Source: Desulfobacter sp.
GTDB taxonomy: Bacteria; Desulfobacterota; Desulfobacteria; Desulfobacterales; Desulfobacteraceae
Direction of reading: 5' to 3'
Assembly: GCA_036881925.1 (NCBI GenBank)
Contig: JBAJNJ010000004.1
Location: 216,100 to 280,099 of the forward strand
DNA length: 64,000 bases
Shown: positions 54,190 through 63,179 of the stretch, one piece after another
How the letters are laid out: the number at the start of each line of letters is the position of its first letter
How positions within the stretch are numbered: the stretch's first letter is position 1
Notes under the pieces: model-generated
Told to the model about the DNA's origin: nothing
Database searches by the model: none
What the model saw: the letters and a program-made list of their open reading frames with translations, nothing else
Made by a program: the position numbers and the translations under genes

Positions 54190-55780
54190 GACGTTCTCCT
54201 CCCCTGCTGACGGCCCTGGCGGCCCGGCCTTTTTTCAGGGTATTCCGGGCAGCCTTCAGGTATTCCAGCTCTCTTTCACGTTCTTCAATCTGCTGTTCAA
54301 GCTTTAATGCTTCAGCCGCTTCCTTTTCCTCCAGGACTTTGCGCGCGGTGCCGGTCAGCACCCTGCCCCCTCCGATATACACCGCCATCAGTTCAACGCC
54401 CGCATCGGTAATCAGGTACTCCCTGTATTGGTTGGAATGCTTTGATCCCCGTGACTTCAGGCAAATCAGGGTCCGGTTGATCTCACCGGTTTCCTCTGTC
54501 ATATGAAGGGAAAGCGCGGCATCGATAATCGAAGAAATTTCAATTCCCGAGCGCTCCTGAATGGAGCTCGCTTCCACGGTCTGATTCAAGAGGAGACAGG
54601 TGATCCCCCGCTCCTTGGCAAGGTTGAGCAGGCGGACCACATAATCAAATGCCGCTTTTTCAGATCCCATTCGCTTGCAAGCGGAAATCGCATCCACCAC
54701 GATATGGTCCGGTTGATATGTTTCAATTTCCTTAAAAGCCCTGAGCAGGTGTTCTTCCGCCCCCATGGCCTCGGGCAGTCCAGAGATATACCTGAAACTG
54801 CCGGATTCATAGGCGGGCTGCAAATCAATCCCCGGGGACAGCATATTGCTCATCATGGCCTGCCTGGACTCTTCAAAAGAGATATACAGCAACGTTTCCC
54901 CCTTGCCGCAGACCTCCCGGGCAAAGGTCGCGGCCATGGAAGTCTTTCCCGTACCGGTCGCCCCGGCAATGAGAACGGAAGAGGCCCTCCGGTATCCGCC
55001 CCCGAGCACATCATCCAGTTCTTCCAGTCCTGAAGAAACAAACGCTCCCAGCGGCTTGTGCCGGAGCCCCAGGGTGGATATGGGAAGAATGCGGACCCCG
55101 CCCGGTCCAATGGAATAGGGGTACTCGTTTCTCCCAAACCCCGATCCCCTGAATTTTTTCACCCGCAGCCGCCGGGTGGTGACCTGATCGATCACCCGCT
55201 GATCCAGTTGTATGGCGCAGTCCACATGGAAATCCATGAATCCGTATGCGGCAGGCACAGGGCCGTCGGGAATCTTGGCCGTCATCAGAGCAGTCATGCC
55301 GCAGGCATTAAATAGCTGATGCAGACGAAGCATTCCCTGCCGTTCCTCTTCCGGATCTTTGAACAGACTGAGCAGGACATCCAATGCATCCACAACAATC
55401 CGCACGGCCCCGATCTTTCCGGATGCTTCACTAATCGTATCCAGAAGCGCTTCGAAACCGGCCTCGCCGCTGCAAACCTTTTCAAAGGGCAACGTATTTT
55501 CCAGAAGCAACATCAGCCCCTTTTTTTCAAGGCGTTCCAGGTTCCACCCCAGAGTCAGGGCGTTCTGGCGGACCGCCGCCTTTTTCTCTTCAAAGGTGAT
55601 ATAAATACCCGGTTCCCCGTGGTCTGCACCATAACAGATAAACTGGAGCCCCATGACGGTTTTTCCGCAACCGGGCCCTCCTGATACAAGGCTGGTCCGC
55701 CCGGAAGGCAGTCCACCTTCCAGGATCTGATCCAGGCCCTCAATACCGGTTCTTGATTTGGGTAATTCAAAATTGGCCAT
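54182..55780 (-). CDS. kaiC: KaiC homolog (double RecA-like CI/CII ATPase) with a charged helical C-terminal tail
   Basis: 532 aa. 'TGIEGLDQILEGGLP'. Walker A 'GGPGCGKT' (aa 34-41) and 'GATGTGKT' (aa 273-280). Catalytic 'FEE' at aa 63-65 and 302-304. 'EISSIID' sits at the position of the cyanobacterial Ser/Thr phosphosites, and 'LKSRGSKHSNQYREYLIT' is present. Confidence 0.93.
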   Translation of the reverse strand: MANFELPKSRTGIEGLDQILEGGLPSGRTSLVSGGPGCGKTVMGLQFICYGADHGEPGIYITFEEKKAAVRQNALTLGWNLERLEKKGLMLLLENTLPFEKVCSGEAGFEALLDTISEASGKIGAVRIVVDALDVLLSLFKDPEEERQGMLRLHQLFNACGMTALMTAKIPDGPVPAAYGFMDFHVDCAIQLDQRVIDQVTTRRLRVKKFRGSGFGRNEYPYSIGPGGVRILPISTLGLRHKPLGAFVSSGLEELDDVLGGGYRRASSVLIAGATGTGKTSMAATFAREVCGKGETLLYISFEESRQAMMSNMLSPGIDLQPAYESGSFRYISGLPEAMGAEEHLLRAFKEIETYQPDHIVVDAISACKRMGSEKAAFDYVVRLLNLAKERGITCLLLNQTVEASSIQERSGIEISSIIDAALSLHMTEETGEINRTLICLKSRGSKHSNQYREYLITDAGVELMAVYIGGGRVLTGTARKVLEEKEAAEALKLEQQIEERERELEYLKAARNTLKKGRAARAVSRGGERHE

Positions 55781-56326
55781 CTGCTATCCCCATTGGTTGA
55801 TACTCGATTTACGGCACACGGCTTTTGCAGACGTTTTCGCAGGGTATTCCGGCAGCCCTGTCAAGGCAACGTCCGTGGACATACCGGTACGGATACGAAA
55901 AAAAGGGGCGACGATCGCCTGTGTAGTTGTTGTGCAGGGCAACCCGTTTTGTGAAAGGATTACACGCAAATCATCCCCTGCTCTGCTGCCGGATATTTCC
56001 TCAGGCCGGGGCTGCTGTAAAAAGGGGCAATTTAATCTGTAGCCAGCCCCCGTTCAGACGATTATCACCGACAGCCTTTTGGGTTTACGATTCACGCCGT
56101 TAGCGGCGAAACTCCAGGGAAGCGGCGCCTTGGATTCTGAGACCAACAGATATCAGGGACACAAGTACTCTCATTTCTGGCTAAATGTTGCGAATCGTTT
56201 CCCTATGATCATTGCTATGTTTATTTTCTTAATGAGTCGATTCTTTTTTTATAGGCCAAAAGCCCTGTAAAATCAATAAAAAAGTAAAAGAAGACAAGGG
56301 GGGGAAAATCTCAGGCAGACCAGGTA

Positions 56327-56785
56327 TTATTCGTCTAAAAACTTGGGAATATCCACTTTCATTGCCTTGCCCGGCAGGGCCATGAGCGAAGAGGTGCCGT
56401 GGGCGATCAGATCGCCGTCATCGTTCACCACCCGTGCTTCGGCATAGGAGATGGTTTTTCCGGGACGGATGCACTGACCCTGGGCAGTGAGGCGTCCGCC
56501 GGCCACAGACTTAAGATAGTTGAGTTTCAGGTCCACATTCACCAGGCCCGCATCTTCTGGCAGCCGGAGGAATCCAGACCAGAATGTGGCCGTGTCGATC
56601 AGGGTGGCGATCACACCGCCATGGACAATCCCGTAGGGCTGGAGATGGCAGTCGGCAAGCGCCATGGATACAACTGCCGTATCATAGCCGATGTCAGCAA
56701 GGGACATATGCATATGGTGTGGGTAGGGACTGGTGTTGACGATGGTTTTCAGGGTCCGGACAAACTCGGGATTGGGTGTTTTCAT
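56327..56785 (-). CDS. PaaI-family hotdog-fold thioesterase (second copy in the window)
   Basis: 152 aa. 'QPYGIVHGGVIATLIDTA' signature. Confidence 0.8.
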   Translation of the reverse strand: MKTPNPEFVRTLKTIVNTSPYPHHMHMSLADIGYDTAVVSMALADCHLQPYGIVHGGVIATLIDTATFWSGFLRLPEDAGLVNVDLKLNYLKSVAGGRLTAQGQCIRPGKTISYAEARVVNDDGDLIAHGTSSLMALPGKAMKVDIPKFLDE

Positions 56786-56874
56786 GGGGTTCCTTACGTC
56801 TTTTTATGCCGTTCCCGGGTGACCCGGGAACGGCGCGGTTACACATGCTTTTTACACGACTCCCCGTTGCCCCG

Positions 56875-59121
56875 TCAATCCGGATTTACAGGCTCCAGCC
56901 GGCAGGGCACAAACCGGTGCAGGGGGGTTCCCAGAGGATCCCTGTGGGTGTTCAGGGTCAGCCGGTTCACGTTGATGCCGTGGACCCGGCCCTGGTAATT
57001 GAGGCCGAACCCGTGGGGGACCAGGACCATCCCGGACCGCACATCCGGGCGGATCTCGATCTCGCCGGTTTCGCTGCCGGCTGCAGTGGTGATTTTCGCT
57101 GGTTCCCCGTCCTTGAGCCCCAATGTTTTTGCATCGTTGCCGTTCACGGCAATGGTACAGTCCCGCCGGCCGCCATTCCACTCCGGGTTCCGCATCAGGG
57201 AATTCATGTTGTACCGGGTGTGGCGGCCCGCATTGAGGACCAAGGGGAATTCCCCGGGCAGGTCAAGGTCCCGGGCTTCGTCCGCCGGGTTCAGGTCCCG
57301 GGCCTGGTCGGCCAGTTCAGGGATGAAAATCTCCATGCGGCCGGATTCGGTCTTGATATCGGCCATGGGATTTTCCGTGTCCGCACGGCCCACCCAGAGG
57401 CCCTGGGGCGTGTCCACCAGGGCCTGGAAAATCTTGTCCCCCTGGAGCATGTCCGGTTCAAACCCGGCTCTTGCCCCATGCTGCCGGAATTGTTCCGGTG
57501 CAGTCATAAGCAGCCCCCACAAGGCGGCTTTGGCTGCGGAATCCCATTCTTTGCCAAGGGTCTTGGCCAGGACAAAGGGAATTGCCTTAAATGCCCGGGG
57601 CTCCTTGGACGCCCAGGTCATCAATTCCCCGCCAAATGCCATGCGGTCGCCTTTTGCCGCCTCATACAGGGCATCCGGAATTTCAGGAATCAGCCCGAGG
57701 CGGTCGGCCAGGCCGGTATGGATCTGGGCCGCTTCCAGGCATTCCCCGGGAACCGGCACCACGGGCCGGCGCAACTGCATATACACCTCCGGGTATGTCC
57801 AGGGAAAAAAGGTGGTGTCCCAGGACTCGTAAAACGACCGGCAGGGCAATACATAATGGGCCAGCCGCGCGGTTTCGCTCATGACAATGTCGTTGACCAC
57901 CAAAAGATCCAGGTGGCTGAACGCCTTTTCATAGGCAGTGGTGTCCGGGTAGGCCCGCAAGGGGTTGCAGGCGGACACATACACGGCCCTGAGCCGGTCG
58001 GGACGGCCGGAAAGAATCTCTTCGGGCATGACCGCCGGGGGAAACGATCCGGCAGCTGCCGGGGGCATATCCGTGGCCACGGTCTTCCAGACCTTGGGGT
58101 TCCGTTCATCCGCATGAAAGCCCATGGGCATGACCATGCCCGGGATCATATTGCCCCCGGGGGTCTGGAATACCCCGCACACCGCCCCCAGGATGTGGAG
58201 CAGGTAGGAATTGAGGGTGGAGTGGCGCCCCATGTAAATTCCCAGGTCCTGGTGAAAACTCCATTGCTTGGTGGCCATGAGGCGGCAGAGTTCAAACACC
58301 TCTTCATATGCCAGGCCGCAGACCTCGATGGCCTTTCGATAGTCAAATGCCTCAAACCAGGGGCGGACCCGGTCCCAGCCATCTACATGGGCGTCCAGGT
58401 AGGCTTCGTTCTCACATCCCTTTTCCAGAATCAAGGCGATCATGGCCTTGATGAGCAGGGCATCAGTGCCCGGCCGCAGGGCCAGGTGCATGTCGGCGAT
58501 GGCAGCGGTTTCGCTGCGGCGGGGATCAATGGAGACCAGGGTGCGTTCCGGATCTTTTGAGATTTCCCTGAGCACCAGGGGCGCCCGGGGCATCTGGTGG
58601 CTTTCCATGCCGTTCCATCCCCAGGCCACCAGCATTTCCGTATTGTGCTCATCCGGCCCGCTGATGTTGTACTGCTTGCCCATGACCCGGCCGGTCACCC
58701 ACCAATGGCCGGAAAACTCCTGGCCTGCGGACGAATAATAATACTGGGACCCCATGCCCCGAAGCAGGCTCAGGCCGAACCCCGCCTCCATGTGGCCGCC
58801 CTGGGAACTGCCGCCCATATAGGCCAGGGACCTGGGGCCGTGCTCATCCACAATGGTTTTCATCTTCCCGGCGATTTCATCCAGGGCCTGGTCCCAGGAA
58901 ATCCGTTTGAATTCACCGTTCACCCGCTTGAGCGGATGGGTGATCCGGTCTGCCGGGTATTGGTGAAAGGGAAGTTTCAGCCCCTTGCGGCAGGCATAGC
59001 CTTTTGACCTGGGGTTTTCCCTGTCCGGTTTCACCCGGGTAATCCTGTCCTCTTCCACAAGCACACGCAGTCCGCAGTTCTGGGCGCACAGTACGCACCC
59101 GGTGGTTTTCCACGTTCCCAT
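56875..59121 (-). CDS. molybdopterin (bis-MGD) oxidoreductase, cytoplasmic, MopB superfamily
   Basis: N-terminal 4Fe-4S Mo/W-bisMGD-type motif 'CVLCAQNCG...YACRKG', followed by molybdopterin-binding and C-terminal dinucleotide-binding barrel regions. No twin-arginine signal. Start at 'MGTWKTTG' has a GGAGGG RBS. Confidence 0.85.
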   Translation of the reverse strand: MGTWKTTGCVLCAQNCGLRVLVEEDRITRVKPDRENPRSKGYACRKGLKLPFHQYPADRITHPLKRVNGEFKRISWDQALDEIAGKMKTIVDEHGPRSLAYMGGSSQGGHMEAGFGLSLLRGMGSQYYYSSAGQEFSGHWWVTGRVMGKQYNISGPDEHNTEMLVAWGWNGMESHQMPRAPLVLREISKDPERTLVSIDPRRSETAAIADMHLALRPGTDALLIKAMIALILEKGCENEAYLDAHVDGWDRVRPWFEAFDYRKAIEVCGLAYEEVFELCRLMATKQWSFHQDLGIYMGRHSTLNSYLLHILGAVCGVFQTPGGNMIPGMVMPMGFHADERNPKVWKTVATDMPPAAAGSFPPAVMPEEILSGRPDRLRAVYVSACNPLRAYPDTTAYEKAFSHLDLLVVNDIVMSETARLAHYVLPCRSFYESWDTTFFPWTYPEVYMQLRRPVVPVPGECLEAAQIHTGLADRLGLIPEIPDALYEAAKGDRMAFGGELMTWASKEPRAFKAIPFVLAKTLGKEWDSAAKAALWGLLMTAPEQFRQHGARAGFEPDMLQGDKIFQALVDTPQGLWVGRADTENPMADIKTESGRMEIFIPELADQARDLNPADEARDLDLPGEFPLVLNAGRHTRYNMNSLMRNPEWNGGRRDCTIAVNGNDAKTLGLKDGEPAKITTAAGSETGEIEIRPDVRSGMVLVPHGFGLNYQGRVHGINVNRLTLNTHRDPLGTPLHRFVPCRLEPVNPD

Positions 59122-59267
59122 ACTCCCTCCAGATCTTTTGGGTTCCATTTGATATGCCGCCGTTTGTCCTTTATTCCAAGGCCTTGGCAATTTCCCCAGG
59201 CGGCCCTGCCGCCGCCTGAATATTTAATGATGATCTGACAATACGGGTTGCGCAGGCAAAAGAAAAG

Positions 59268-59281
59268 TGTCATTAATGACA
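59268..59281. promoter_or_regulatory. 14-bp palindrome in the divergent Mo-enzyme / AraC regulator intergenic region (candidate operator)
   Basis: TGTCATTAATGACA is a perfect palindrome, 40 nt upstream of the regulator start. Confidence 0.3.
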
Positions 59282-59320
59282 AATATTGTGCAAAAAAAGA
59301 CTTTTTAATGGGGATAAAAT

Positions 59321-60307
59321 ATGGCGAAAATTACCTTATGGGTCGGGGACGGAAGTCTGGCATCCAGTATTACGACCCTTATGGATGCCTTTTCCATTGC
59401 CGGTCTCTGGCAAAAGGCCCTGGTACCGGACAGCAAGGGCGACTTGTTTGACACACAAATCGTGACCACGGACGGCAGGCCCGTGACCGCTTACGGCAAC
59501 ATCCGCATCAGCGCCCACAGCGCCGCTGCAGACGTTAAAGAAACCGACTGTGTGGTGGTCTCTCCCATTCTGCCCAGTATCACGCCGGTCCCGGACGACC
59601 TTCCCGGGCTGAGCCGCCGATTGCGCGCCTTAAGGGAAAACGGCACCACCCTGGCCACGGTCTGCACCGGCACCTTTGTTCTTGCGGAAATGGGGCTTCT
59701 GGACGGGAAACGGGCCACCACCAACTGGCAGTATGCCCGGATGTTCAGGAAACGCTATCCCAAGGTCAGGCTGGAGTCCTCCTACATGCTTACCGAAGAC
59801 GACAACATCATCTGCGCCGGGGCAGCCACGGCCGTGTACAACCTGGCCCTTCACCTGATCCGGCGGTTCGGCTCCCAGCACCTGGCATCGGTCTGCGCCA
59901 AGGCCCTGCTCGTGGATCCCAACCGGATCAGCCAGGCCCCTTATGCCACGGCCATGCCCCTGCGCCACCACGGCGACGACCAGGTCCTTACGGCCCAGGC
60001 CATGATTGAAAAAAAATACGCGGCCATTGACACCATTGACGACCTGGCGCGGGATGTGGGCATCAGCCCCCGGCACTTCAAACGCCGCTTTAAAAAAGCC
60101 ACGGGCGAACTGCCGCTGAAATACCTCCAGCGGGTCAGGGTGGAAGCGGCCAAGGAAATGCTGGAAACCACCCGGAAGAGTATCGACAAAATCACCTGGG
60201 CTGTGGGCTACAAGGATGTCAGTTCATTCTGCCGCCTGTTCAAGCAGCATACCCAGATTTCTCCCAGGAGTTACCGGGATAAGTTTTACATCCAGGTGCC
60301 CTGGTAA
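59321..60307 (+). CDS. GlxA-type AraC-family transcriptional regulator (DJ-1/PfpI-like N-domain plus AraC HTH)
   Basis: The N-terminal ~190 aa are GATase1/DJ-1-like ('LATVCTGTFVLAEMGLLDGKRATTNW'). C-terminal HTH: 'ARDVGISPRHFKRRFKKATG' and 'VGYKDVSSFCRLFKQHTQISPRSYR'. Confidence 0.86.
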   Translation: MAKITLWVGDGSLASSITTLMDAFSIAGLWQKALVPDSKGDLFDTQIVTTDGRPVTAYGNIRISAHSAAADVKETDCVVVSPILPSITPVPDDLPGLSRRLRALRENGTTLATVCTGTFVLAEMGLLDGKRATTNWQYARMFRKRYPKVRLESSYMLTEDDNIICAGAATAVYNLALHLIRRFGSQHLASVCAKALLVDPNRISQAPYATAMPLRHHGDDQVLTAQAMIEKKYAAIDTIDDLARDVGISPRHFKRRFKKATGELPLKYLQRVRVEAAKEMLETTRKSIDKITWAVGYKDVSSFCRLFKQHTQISPRSYRDKFYIQVPW

Positions 60308-60392
60308 ACGGCAGGCAGCCTGTCTGCGGGTGATGACCTGTCAGCGAAGAGGCGCTTGTCAGTTGGTGAGACCTGTCAGCAGGAAGTGCTTA

Positions 60393-62672
60393 TCAGCAAC
60401 GGGATCCCTGTTTTTCCCGGATCTTTGCCAATAATTGTTCCGGGTTTACCGGCAGGGAGGTGATCCGCACCCCTGTGGCATCATAGATCGCATTGGTTAT
60501 GGCCGCCATGGTCGGGTTCAGGGCCGGCTCCCCGATGCCTTTGGCCCCGTAGGGTCCGTTCGGCTCCACCGGTTCCACAAGAATGGATTCCACCCCGGGC
60601 ATGTCAAAAGCACTGGGCACGATATAATCCACAAAATCCGCATTCACCAGCCGGCCGTTTTCATAGGCCATGTCTTCCATGAGGGTCCATCCCAGGCCCT
60701 GGGCGATCCCGCCCTGGATCTGGCCTTCGGTGGCCATGGGATTGATGGCCCGGCCCACGTCGTGGGCGGCAGCCATGCGGGTGACCGTGACCTGGCCGGT
60801 GTCCGGGTCCACTTCCACTTCCGCGATCTGGCAGCCGAACGGATAAGCCGGGGAGATATTTCCCTTTTTGGTATCCGGGTCGGGCAATTGGGTGGGCGGC
60901 TTGTAAAATCCTGTACCCACCACAGGCGCCCCATGGCGGCTGATGGTGGCCAGGGAAGCGACCTCTTTGAACGCCATGCGTTGGGCCGGATTGTCAGGAT
61001 CGTAAAATTCGCCTTTTTTGCAGATGATCTTTCCCGGGTCGGCTTCCAGGTGGTCCCCTGCAATTTCTTTAAGCTGTTCCAGAGCCTTTCTGGCCGCGGC
61101 CATGACTCCGTTGCCGCCCATGAGGGTGCCCCGGGTGGCAAATGATCCCAGGCCGAATGGGGAGATATCCGTATCCACCTGGGCCACATGGACCTGTGCC
61201 ATGGGAACGCCCAGGGTTTCCGCGGCAATCTGGGCATATGTGGTGTTCTGCCCCTGGCCCATGTCCGACTCCCCGTGAAAGACCATGACCCGGCCGTCCC
61301 TGCCCACCCGGACCATGGCGGATCCGCCGTCGAATTCCCGGGCAAAGGGACGGTTCCCGGACACATGGTTGCAACAGGCAAGCCCAATGCCCCGGAAAGG
61401 CTTTTTTTCCGCTTTTTTCCGTGTCCAGTCTGCGGCCCGGGTGGCCTTTTCCACACATTCCCGCAACCCGGAACTGCCGATTTTCCACCCGTGGACACTG
61501 GTTTCCCCGGGCCCCACCCCGTTTTTCATCCGCAGTTCCGCAGGGTCGATCCTCAGGGCAGCGGCCAGTTCATCCATGGCCGACTCCAGGACAAAGGTGG
61601 ACTGGGAGTTGCCAAATCCCCGGTAACAGGCCGTGGGCACGGTATGGGTATAGGCGGTGATTCCCCTGGCCCGGACGTTTTTGAACCGGTACAGGGAATC
61701 CACCCGGTAACAGGCCGTGGACACGATCACCTGGGAATAGACCAGGCGGGCCCCTGCCCCGCCCACCACCCGGACATCCTTGGCCGTGAGAACCCCCTCT
61801 TTGGTGGCGCCCAGCTTGATATCAAAATACATGGGCACCCTGGGATTGCCGGCAAGGAAATCCTCCTGCCGGGTGTTGACCAGCCGGACCGGCAGGCCTG
61901 CCTTTTGGGACAGCACTGCCGCCACCAGATGGATATTGTTTTCCATTTTCCCGCCAAAGGCCCCGCCATATTCCGGCACCACGATCCTTAGATTTTCCGG
62001 GGCCATGCCCAGGGCCTTAGCATAGGTCATGCGCATCATATTGGGGATCTGGGTGCCGGTATGAAGGGTGACCCGGCCGGACAAATCGGTTTCGGCCAGG
62101 ACAGCCATGGGCTCCATATAGGCCTGGTATACCTGGTTGGTGTAAAACCTGTCCGCGTAAATCACATGGGACCGGTCAAATCCCTTTTGGATATCCCCGG
62201 CTTCAATGTTGAACTCGGCCGCGATATTGCCCGGGCTCTCCTCATGAACCAGGGGCGCACCCGGTTCCAGGGCCTCTAATGGAGAGACCACATGGTCAAG
62301 CACTTCGTATTCCACTTGGATCAGGTCCAGGGCCTGTTCGGCCGTGTCCGGGTCCACGGCAGCCACAGCAGCGATTTCATCCCCGTGGAACCGGGCCTTG
62401 TCTTCGGCAAAAATGGTCCAGTCCTCGGATCTGGGCCCGAACTTGATTTTCGGGGTGTCCGCGTGGGTGACCACGGCCCTGACCCCGGGGAGAGCTGCGG
62501 CTTTTCGCGTATCAATTGAGATGATCCGGGCATGGGCATGGGGGCTTCTCAACACCCGGCCGTGGAGCATGCGGGGCAACACCAGATCTGTGACAAACCG
62601 GGTATCCCCGGTGGCTTTTTCCCTGGCTGCCAGTTGGGGCACGGATTTTCCCACCACATCGAATTCACTCAT
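60393..62672 (-). CDS. xanthine dehydrogenase/aldehyde oxidase family, molybdopterin-binding large subunit
   Basis: About 759 aa from '[12 protein letters not shown]'. 'GGAFGGK', 'ACYRGFGNSQ' and 'GEPALNP'-type motifs. It overlaps the 2Fe-2S subunit stop by 8 nt. Confidence 0.88.
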   Translation of the reverse strand: MSEFDVVGKSVPQLAAREKATGDTRFVTDLVLPRMLHGRVLRSPHAHARIISIDTRKAAALPGVRAVVTHADTPKIKFGPRSEDWTIFAEDKARFHGDEIAAVAAVDPDTAEQALDLIQVEYEVLDHVVSPLEALEPGAPLVHEESPGNIAAEFNIEAGDIQKGFDRSHVIYADRFYTNQVYQAYMEPMAVLAETDLSGRVTLHTGTQIPNMMRMTYAKALGMAPENLRIVVPEYGGAFGGKMENNIHLVAAVLSQKAGLPVRLVNTRQEDFLAGNPRVPMYFDIKLGATKEGVLTAKDVRVVGGAGARLVYSQVIVSTACYRVDSLYRFKNVRARGITAYTHTVPTACYRGFGNSQSTFVLESAMDELAAALRIDPAELRMKNGVGPGETSVHGWKIGSSGLRECVEKATRAADWTRKKAEKKPFRGIGLACCNHVSGNRPFAREFDGGSAMVRVGRDGRVMVFHGESDMGQGQNTTYAQIAAETLGVPMAQVHVAQVDTDISPFGLGSFATRGTLMGGNGVMAAARKALEQLKEIAGDHLEADPGKIICKKGEFYDPDNPAQRMAFKEVASLATISRHGAPVVGTGFYKPPTQLPDPDTKKGNISPAYPFGCQIAEVEVDPDTGQVTVTRMAAAHDVGRAINPMATEGQIQGGIAQGLGWTLMEDMAYENGRLVNADFVDYIVPSAFDMPGVESILVEPVEPNGPYGAKGIGEPALNPTMAAITNAIYDATGVRITSLPVNPEQLLAKIREKQGSRC

Positions 62673-63177
62673 GATTGTCCGCCTTTCGGGTATTGCTCTT
62701 GTTATGGGAACGGCAGGCGCAGGAAGAGACGGCATCCACTATTTTATGGTATCCCGTGCACCGGCACAGGTTGCCGGCAATGGCCTGTTTGATATCTTCC
62801 GTATCCGGATCAGGATTCTCGTCCAAAAGGGCTTTGGCCGTATTGATCATGCCCGGGGTGCAGAACCCGCACTGAATCGCGCCCTTTTCCACAAATGCCT
62901 CCTGCAGGGGATGCAGGCGGCCCTCCCGCTTGTCCGCCATACCCTCAATGGTATCCACCCGGCATCCGTCCGCCTGGAGCGCCAGGATCAGGCAGGCATG
63001 CACGGGTTTCCCGTCCAGGAGCACGGTGCATGCCCCGCACTTGCCAAGGCCGCAGCCTTCTTTGGTACCGGTAAGCAACAGATCCTCCCGGAGCAGGTCC
63101 AGCAGGACCCGGTTGGGGGGTACGGTTAAATGAACTGCTTCGCCATTCACAATGAGATGAACAGGTACAGGAGTCAT
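62665..63177 (-). CDS. (2Fe-2S)-binding small subunit of the xanthine dehydrogenase family enzyme (CoxS-like)
   Basis: '[16 protein letters not shown]' is the plant-type cluster, and '[10 protein letters not shown]...CRCTGY' is the second cluster. Confidence 0.9.
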   Translation of the reverse strand: MTPVPVHLIVNGEAVHLTVPPNRVLLDLLREDLLLTGTKEGCGLGKCGACTVLLDGKPVHACLILALQADGCRVDTIEGMADKREGRLHPLQEAFVEKGAIQCGFCTPGMINTAKALLDENPDPDTEDIKQAIAGNLCRCTGYHKIVDAVSSCACRSHNKSNTRKADNHE

Positions 63178-63179
63178 GG

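Noticed and set aside
55811-55829. A sigma54-like element, CGGCAC-N7-TTGCA, upstream of kaiC.
   Set aside because: It lies on the plus strand, so it points away from kaiC. The GG-to-GC spacing is 14 nt rather than the canonical 12. No matching element was seen on the kaiC strand.
55784-55969. A 61-aa ORF ending 3 nt before the kaiC start, considered as a possible KaiA substitute or coupled leader peptide.
   Set aside because: - It would have to start at TTG with no RBS.
- Its composition ('...PCTTTTQAIVAPFFRIRTG...') looks non-coding.
- It has no similarity to KaiA domains.

It is kept only as part of the 'long upstream region' observation.
56079-56270. A 63-aa plus-strand ORF in the kaiC upstream spacer.
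   Set aside because: - It has no RBS.
- Its composition is hydrophobic and AT-driven.
- It runs convergent to the flanking genes.

It is probably a chance ORF in AT-rich DNA.
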